This document shows positions 59,435 through 64,000 of a stretch of 64,000 nt of DNA, in pieces. A program made the translations under genes and the position numbers. The notes under the pieces were generated by a model. It searched no databases. It was given only the letters and a program-made list of their open reading frames with translations, and had not been told where the DNA came from. Each line of letters begins with the position of its first letter. The first letter of the stretch is position 1. Source of the DNA: an uncultured virus (IMG/VR IMGVR_UViG_3300046030_000041) (Duplodnaviria; Heunggongvirae; Uroviricota; Caudoviricetes); the IMG/VR virus record IMGVR_UViG_3300046030_000041; one strand, written 5' to 3'.

Positions 59435-59647
59435 ATGTGGATAAAAGGTGAAAGCAACGGAATGAAGTACGAGGTCAAGTATTATGACAAAGGCTCCGAT
59501 TGGGGAATTGACGGGGGCCGGATTTCCAAGCTTTACATCGGGAAGGGGGGAATAACCTTATGCGCCTACGAACGCGGCTGGGACATTCACCCCAAAACCG
59601 CAGGAGCTCAGAAGCTTTATGAAGCCCTTGTAAAAGAATACAACTAA
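59435..59647 (+). CDS. Small conserved phage protein
   Basis: GIDGGRISKL, YERGWD; own RBS and terminator. Confidence 0.7.
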   Translation: MWIKGESNGMKYEVKYYDKGSDWGIDGGRISKLYIGKGGITLCAYERGWDIHPKTAGAQKLYEALVKEYN

Positions 59648-59652
59648 GAAAT

Positions 59653-59676
59653 GAGCCTGCCTTCGGCGGGCTTTTT
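59653..59676 (+). terminator. Rho-independent terminator
   Basis: GAGCCTGCC TTC GGCGGGCTT TTT. Confidence 0.75.
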
Positions 59677-59903
59677 CAGTGCTATTTTCTTCGATAAAAT
59701 CTACATATTTCCCTTGCTTTTATTCCCCTTTAGAGTGATATATATACACAGCAAAGGGGAGAACAAGGCCCCAGGATTTTAAAGCAATCTGGTAATATGT
59801 CAAGCTAAAAAATGAGGTGATTTCGAAAAAAAATCTTAAAAAGAGGCGCACTTAATAAGACGTTTCTCTCAGAAATTTTAAAAGAAACGTGTGTTTGAAA
59901 GCA

Positions 59904-61199
59904 TTAACTTTGCTCTACTCTATCAGAAGAATAGAGCTGATGATTGGCCAGCAATCCAAAAATCAGTCTTACAAATTTTCGAGCTGTTAAGGCGAGTGCG
60001 CGTTTGTGCTGATGGAGTTTCACCTCAGCGTATTTTTTCTTGTAGTACGTAGCGAATTCACTGCAATGTTCTTTCACATGACTGGTAGCTTCTATCAGAT
60101 AATACCTGAGATAAGCATTACCAGCCTTTGAAAGAGGGGTATCATCACTTCTGAAGTTACCTGACTGGTTTTCACGCCAGATAAGCCCGGCGTACTTTGC
60201 CAATGCTTCTTGAGAGTTGAAAGCCTCAATATGGCCAATTTCTGCTAGAATACCGGCAGCCATAACAGGTCCAATTCCAGGAATGGATAAAAGGATCTGA
60301 TAGGCGTTAGGATCTAACCCTCGCAAGGTCTTCTCAATTGCCTTGTTTACTAATTTTATCTCCGCTTGGTATGTGGCGATAAGAGTAAAAGATGAGGCGA
60401 TGGAGATTGTAAGGGGCGCATATAGACACTTATCCAATCGGTAAGAATCCCGGGCAGCCTGTCTGAGCAGGTCTGCGGTCTGATTAGGATTGTTGAAGTG
60501 GTGATGGCCTTTTTCACCCAAGAAAGCTACAAGGTCTTCTATAGGCATTTCGAGAATTTCCTCTGTAGAGAGAAAATCAGTTAGAACAGAAGCAGCTGTA
60601 GTACCGAAACTATTAGAGAAGGGCTGCTTATCTGCTTCTAACAGAGAAAACTCACTGAATTTGAGGAAGATATTGGAAAGCATGTAGGCCTTTTCACGAG
60701 AAAGGGCCTTTGCTAGATGAAGCCTGTGTCTAGTGAGGCGCTGGAGAGCCAGGAACTGGCTGCCACGCCAGGGCTTGGCAGTGATCCTGTTGGCACGAGC
60801 GAAATCAGCAATAACAAAAGCGTCAACAAAGTCGTTTTTACCTAGGTCAACGAAAGATTTTTTGTAGTTACGAATGACCTTGGGATTTAAGCAATATACC
60901 TTGGTTTGAAAAGGTGCCAGGGTCTCGCAGGAAGATAAGTAATTGGCGATATGGATTCCATAAAAAGATGTGGACTCCAAGCCAACTACTAATCCAGTAA
61001 GGTCCTTACGGCTTTGCAGATAGTCTGCAAGCCGATCAGCCAGCTCAGTGGCGCCGGGTTGATTGTTAGTAACTGTGAAAGTCAGGAGCGGTTTTTGGGA
61101 CTCAAAATCCAAAAGAGCAACAACATTCCTACGGCTACTCACGTCGATCCCGACGAAAAGAGTAGAAAGAAGATCTGCCTTCTTCAAGAGATTCACCAC
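59904..61199 (-). CDS. IS110 DEDD recombinase/transposase
   Basis: VGIDVS, GLESTS, KNDFVDA, SIPGIG, NQSG, GNAYLR. Confidence 0.95.
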   Translation of the reverse strand: MVNLLKKADLLSTLFVGIDVSSRRNVVALLDFESQKPLLTFTVTNNQPGATELADRLADYLQSRKDLTGLVVGLESTSFYGIHIANYLSSCETLAPFQTKVYCLNPKVIRNYKKSFVDLGKNDFVDAFVIADFARANRITAKPWRGSQFLALQRLTRHRLHLAKALSREKAYMLSNIFLKFSEFSLLEADKQPFSNSFGTTAASVLTDFLSTEEILEMPIEDLVAFLGEKGHHHFNNPNQTADLLRQAARDSYRLDKCLYAPLTISIASSFTLIATYQAEIKLVNKAIEKTLRGLDPNAYQILLSIPGIGPVMAAGILAEIGHIEAFNSQEALAKYAGLIWRENQSGNFRSDDTPLSKAGNAYLRYYLIEATSHVKEHCSEFATYYKKKYAEVKLHQHKRALALTARKFVRLIFGLLANHQLYSSDRVEQS

Positions 61200-61244
61200 C
61201 TTTCCGGCTAAGAATGGAAAAGTGACAAGGAATTATCCTGATCT

Positions 61245-61505
61245 TAGTTACTGACTGCACCCTCGCCAATTAGCATTCATCCGTGGGAGACAACATTGCT
61301 GGAATTTACTCCCGCCCAGAGATGCAACATCTGTGTAAGCAGTATTTGATAACTAAGGCAGGCGTCAAGCTTTTCAAGCAGTCATCCAAAAGGAGCCGCA
61401 GGAGAAAAAAGACGTAACCTTGGTCACAATTCACTAATGTAATTGTAACATCAGGATATTCTGATTAGGAAAAAATCTGTCTGAGTAAGATTAAGATCTT
61501 GCTCA
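61245..61505 (-). ncRNA. Putative IS110 bridge RNA
   Basis: Lies downstream of the junction -10 box; has an internal loop with target-like guide segments. Ends are approximate. Confidence 0.55.
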
Positions 61506-61725
61506 CAAAAATATTATACGAGAGAAAATAAGATTGGAGACGGATTAATTGTCCCAAAATCCATACAGTAATTATAGTATAATGAAATCGGGAAAAAGGA
61601 CAGCAGGGAAATAAAATGAAGAAGACTGAAAATTTGAAGGGATGGAAATCAGTATGGAAGCAGAGATGGACGCCGTTTAGACCATTTCTGCATACGTGGC
61701 TGATTCAAAAATTGCAGGAGGTTGT

Positions 61726-62790
61726 ATGGCAATTGAAAAATATTATCAACAGATAGCCGATACCTTTTCTTGTTTCTTGGGCAAGGATAAGAAGCAGGCT
61801 TTTTATACTGTCCAACAGGAGGCAAATACCCATAATGCAGCTGCCCTCTACATTATGGGATTGTATTTCGAAGGCGGATATGGCATCGTGTCCATCGATA
61901 AAGCCTGTGCAGAAAATTTTTATCAAAAGGCGGCACAGGCAGGCGATGCAGTTGCTTCCTTACGGATGCTGGAAAATCAATCCAGGACAGGCCCTTTGTT
62001 ATTCAAAGAAGTTCAAATTTTAGCATCTCAAGGAGCCTGCCATGCCCAGGACTATTTGGGATGGTGCTATTCCAGGGGAATTTTTGTTGCCGAGTCACAA
62101 ATCCAGGCAATCAAATGGTTTAGGCGGGGAGCCGCCCAGAGATATGCCGCTGCCCAGAATCATTTGGGGGAAATGTATATCCGATGTATGGGGAACTACT
62201 TTTTAGATGATGATTCTTTAGAAGAGAGAATGGGAAAGGCGAAATGGAGAAATAAGGCACTCCTGCAATACTATCAGGCTGCCGCCCAAGAGTATGCACC
62301 AGCACAGCACAATATCGGCTGGGAACTCCTTTGGGGAAATGACCCCTTTCATTTGGAAAACACGGATCCTGCGGAGTGGTTTCAAAAAGCAGCCGAACAG
62401 GGATTGGTTGAAGCCCAGGAATTCCTAGGCATCTGGTTTTCTGACGAGGGAAATGACTTCCCGTTTGAGCAAGCGATGGAGTGGTTGGAAACAGCCGCCC
62501 TTCGCGGAGCGGCACTGGCTCAATATGCTTTGGGGGAACGGTATGAAGAGGGAGACGGATTTCCCCAATCCTATACGTCGGCAGCCTATTGGTTCCAGCA
62601 GGCGGCATCCCAAGGAGAAGAATGTGCACAATATCGGCTGGGAATCCTCTACGATAAAGGACGGGGAGTCCCTCAGTCTGATGAAAAAGCGCTGTACTGG
62701 CTGCATAAAGCGGAGGCACAGGGATTTAGAGAGGCGCACGATTATCTCATGATAAAATTACAAGAGCAATGTAATTTTTCAAAAAAATAG
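61726..62790 (+). CDS. Sel1-like repeat protein
   Basis: Repeated AQY.LG..Y..G.G.PQ....A..W..KAA.QG. Confidence 0.9.
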   Translation: MAIEKYYQQIADTFSCFLGKDKKQAFYTVQQEANTHNAAALYIMGLYFEGGYGIVSIDKACAENFYQKAAQAGDAVASLRMLENQSRTGPLLFKEVQILASQGACHAQDYLGWCYSRGIFVAESQIQAIKWFRRGAAQRYAAAQNHLGEMYIRCMGNYFLDDDSLEERMGKAKWRNKALLQYYQAAAQEYAPAQHNIGWELLWGNDPFHLENTDPAEWFQKAAEQGLVEAQEFLGIWFSDEGNDFPFEQAMEWLETAALRGAALAQYALGERYEEGDGFPQSYTSAAYWFQQAASQGEECAQYRLGILYDKGRGVPQSDEKALYWLHKAEAQGFREAHDYLMIKLQEQCNFSKK

Positions 62791-62823
62791 TGAAGAATAT
62801 TTATGTTCATTTAAAAAGGAAAT

Positions 62824-63426
62824 ATGGATATGGATGCAAAAGATTTTTTTGGTACGTTCCTAAAAGCAATCGAGCAGAATCGAAACTATGAAGGACGGGA
62901 TTTATTTGATATTTATAAATACAATGCAGAATACACATCTGTAATTATAAAAATCATAAATGAAATCATCAAAGAGACAGGCTGTACACCTCAAAACGAA
63001 TACTTCAGGATTGATGCAGTAGGATGGACCTCCCATTCTCAGGATATGAAAAAGGAGGCTGAAGAAGCCGGTATTGATTTGAAACCACACCTGTGGGATT
63101 TGAAAATTGCCATTGAGCATGAGAACGACAAGCGTGCCTGGTCAGATGAAGTGATGAAATTAATCCATGTAAAATGTCCATTAAAAATTGTCATTGCCTA
63201 TAATTATTCTGATGAGCGAGGAGAAAAAGAGCAAAAAAAATTGGATTTCCTGGCTAATCAGATGACGAAAATTGAGGCTTTTTCCATAGGGGAAAGAAAA
63301 GAACAGTACTTGATCATCCTTGGAAACGGATGCAATCATAAAACAGGGGAGGCGGACTACGGAGATTTTGGCTATAGGGGTTATTTGTACGACTGGGAAG
63401 ATAAAAAATTTAAAAAGTTGGATTGA
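62824..63426 (+). CDS. Hypothetical protein, possible PD-(D/E)XK fold
   Basis: EYFRIDAVGW...IAIEHEN pattern. Confidence 0.5.
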   Translation: MDMDAKDFFGTFLKAIEQNRNYEGRDLFDIYKYNAEYTSVIIKIINEIIKETGCTPQNEYFRIDAVGWTSHSQDMKKEAEEAGIDLKPHLWDLKIAIEHENDKRAWSDEVMKLIHVKCPLKIVIAYNYSDERGEKEQKKLDFLANQMTKIEAFSIGERKEQYLIILGNGCNHKTGEADYGDFGYRGYLYDWEDKKFKKLD

Positions 63427-63591
63427 GTAATCCTGGAAGGGTCCAGGACATGGATTGCTAAAAAGGGAAGTTCTGCCCTTTTCAATCGGATGTTTGTCAG
63501 AAAGATAGAATAAAAGAGAAAAAATAGTCATTTCCGTGTATAATAAATTTATCTGCTATGAATAAACAAAAATGAAGGTGAGGAAATTTTC

Positions 63592-64000
63592 ATGGGGAAT
63601 TGGCTGTCTTGGATTTCAGATTTTTTCTATTTATTATTTATTATAGGTGCAGGTTTCTGTTTTCGTTGGTTTTTCAGAATCAGTAAAGCTGGTTCTTCTG
63701 TGGAACAGATTATTTCTGTTTTACAGAATTATTCTCGGGAATCCATCAGGGAAAATTACGGCAATCTTCAGGCAGAAATGGGGCAGGCCCCGTATGATTC
63801 GATTTGGAAGAAATTTGAACGGACGCTGTTTAAAAGTAAAGCAGAAGGGGTGCTGATGACCCAGGACCCGGAGGCTTTTTATAACGACCGGACTTTGCTG
63901 GAGAACCTGCCTTTGGATCTGTTTCGCGCCATACCGGGAATCTTTACCGGCTTGGGGCTTTTGGGAACTTTTGCCGGAATCACCGTGGGTATCAGCGGCA
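63592..64000 (+). CDS. 5' part of a ZorA-like (MotA/ExbB-family) membrane protein; runs off the window
   Basis: Open frame from ATG 63592; N-terminal TM, then IPGIFTGLGLLGTFAGITVGISG. Confidence 0.65.
   Translation, partial: MGNWLSWISDFFYLLFIIGAGFCFRWFFRISKAGSSVEQIISVLQNYSRESIRENYGNLQAEMGQAPYDSIWKKFERTLFKSKAEGVLMTQDPEAFYNDRTLLENLPLDLFRAIPGIFTGLGLLGTFAGITVGISG

Larger units (their letters stand above)
37090..59782 (+). mobile_element. Defective prophage-like element 2, ending at IS110 (ends approximate)
   Basis: Gene-for-gene homology with element 1 in the opposite orientation; no terL, structural or recombinase genes. Confidence 0.7.
59783..61522 (-). mobile_element. IS110-family element with CT cores and a long 5' non-coding end
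   Basis: Joining the ends at CT creates TTGACA-17 bp-TATAAT; no terminal IRs. Confidence 0.85.

Noticed and set aside
1..64000. tRNA/rRNA genes, reverse transcriptase systems (retron, DGR, group II intron)
   Set aside because: None recognised by eye and no RT-like ORF seen; a covariance-model scan was not possible.

Overview
Accessory region from a Bacillota genome (a Negativicutes-like host is only an impression). Two homologous, defective prophage-like elements lie back-to-back. Element 1 runs on the - strand from ~21.0 kb leftwards and element 2 on the + strand from ~43.6 to 59.8 kb. Both carry the same gene order: sigma-like activator, DUF2800, DUF2815, PolA, P4-type primase, VRR-NUC, SNF2, late regulator, HNH, TerS, DNA methylase. 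In both, the slot divergent from the early operon, where a CI repressor normally sits, holds an ABC three-component (Lamassu-like) operon. Its first gene has an XRE-HTH-like N-terminus rather than a recognisable toxic effector, and the adjoining intergenic region has face-to-face promoters, palindromes and an RBS-sequestering leader. Between the two operons is an apparently intact type 3 BREX system. Element 1 lost its portal/head/tail genes through an 8-bp microhomology deletion, and its serine recombinase is interrupted in frame by an IS3-family element. An IS21 splits the first ABC-3C gene of element 2. Element 2 ends at an IS110 whose ends, CT core, junction promoter and probable bridge-RNA target loop (matching a Shine-Dalgarno sequence) can be read from the sequence. 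The window ends with a Sel1-repeat gene, a possible nuclease and the 5' part of a ZorA-like gene. All family calls come from motif recognition and gene order; no searches were run.
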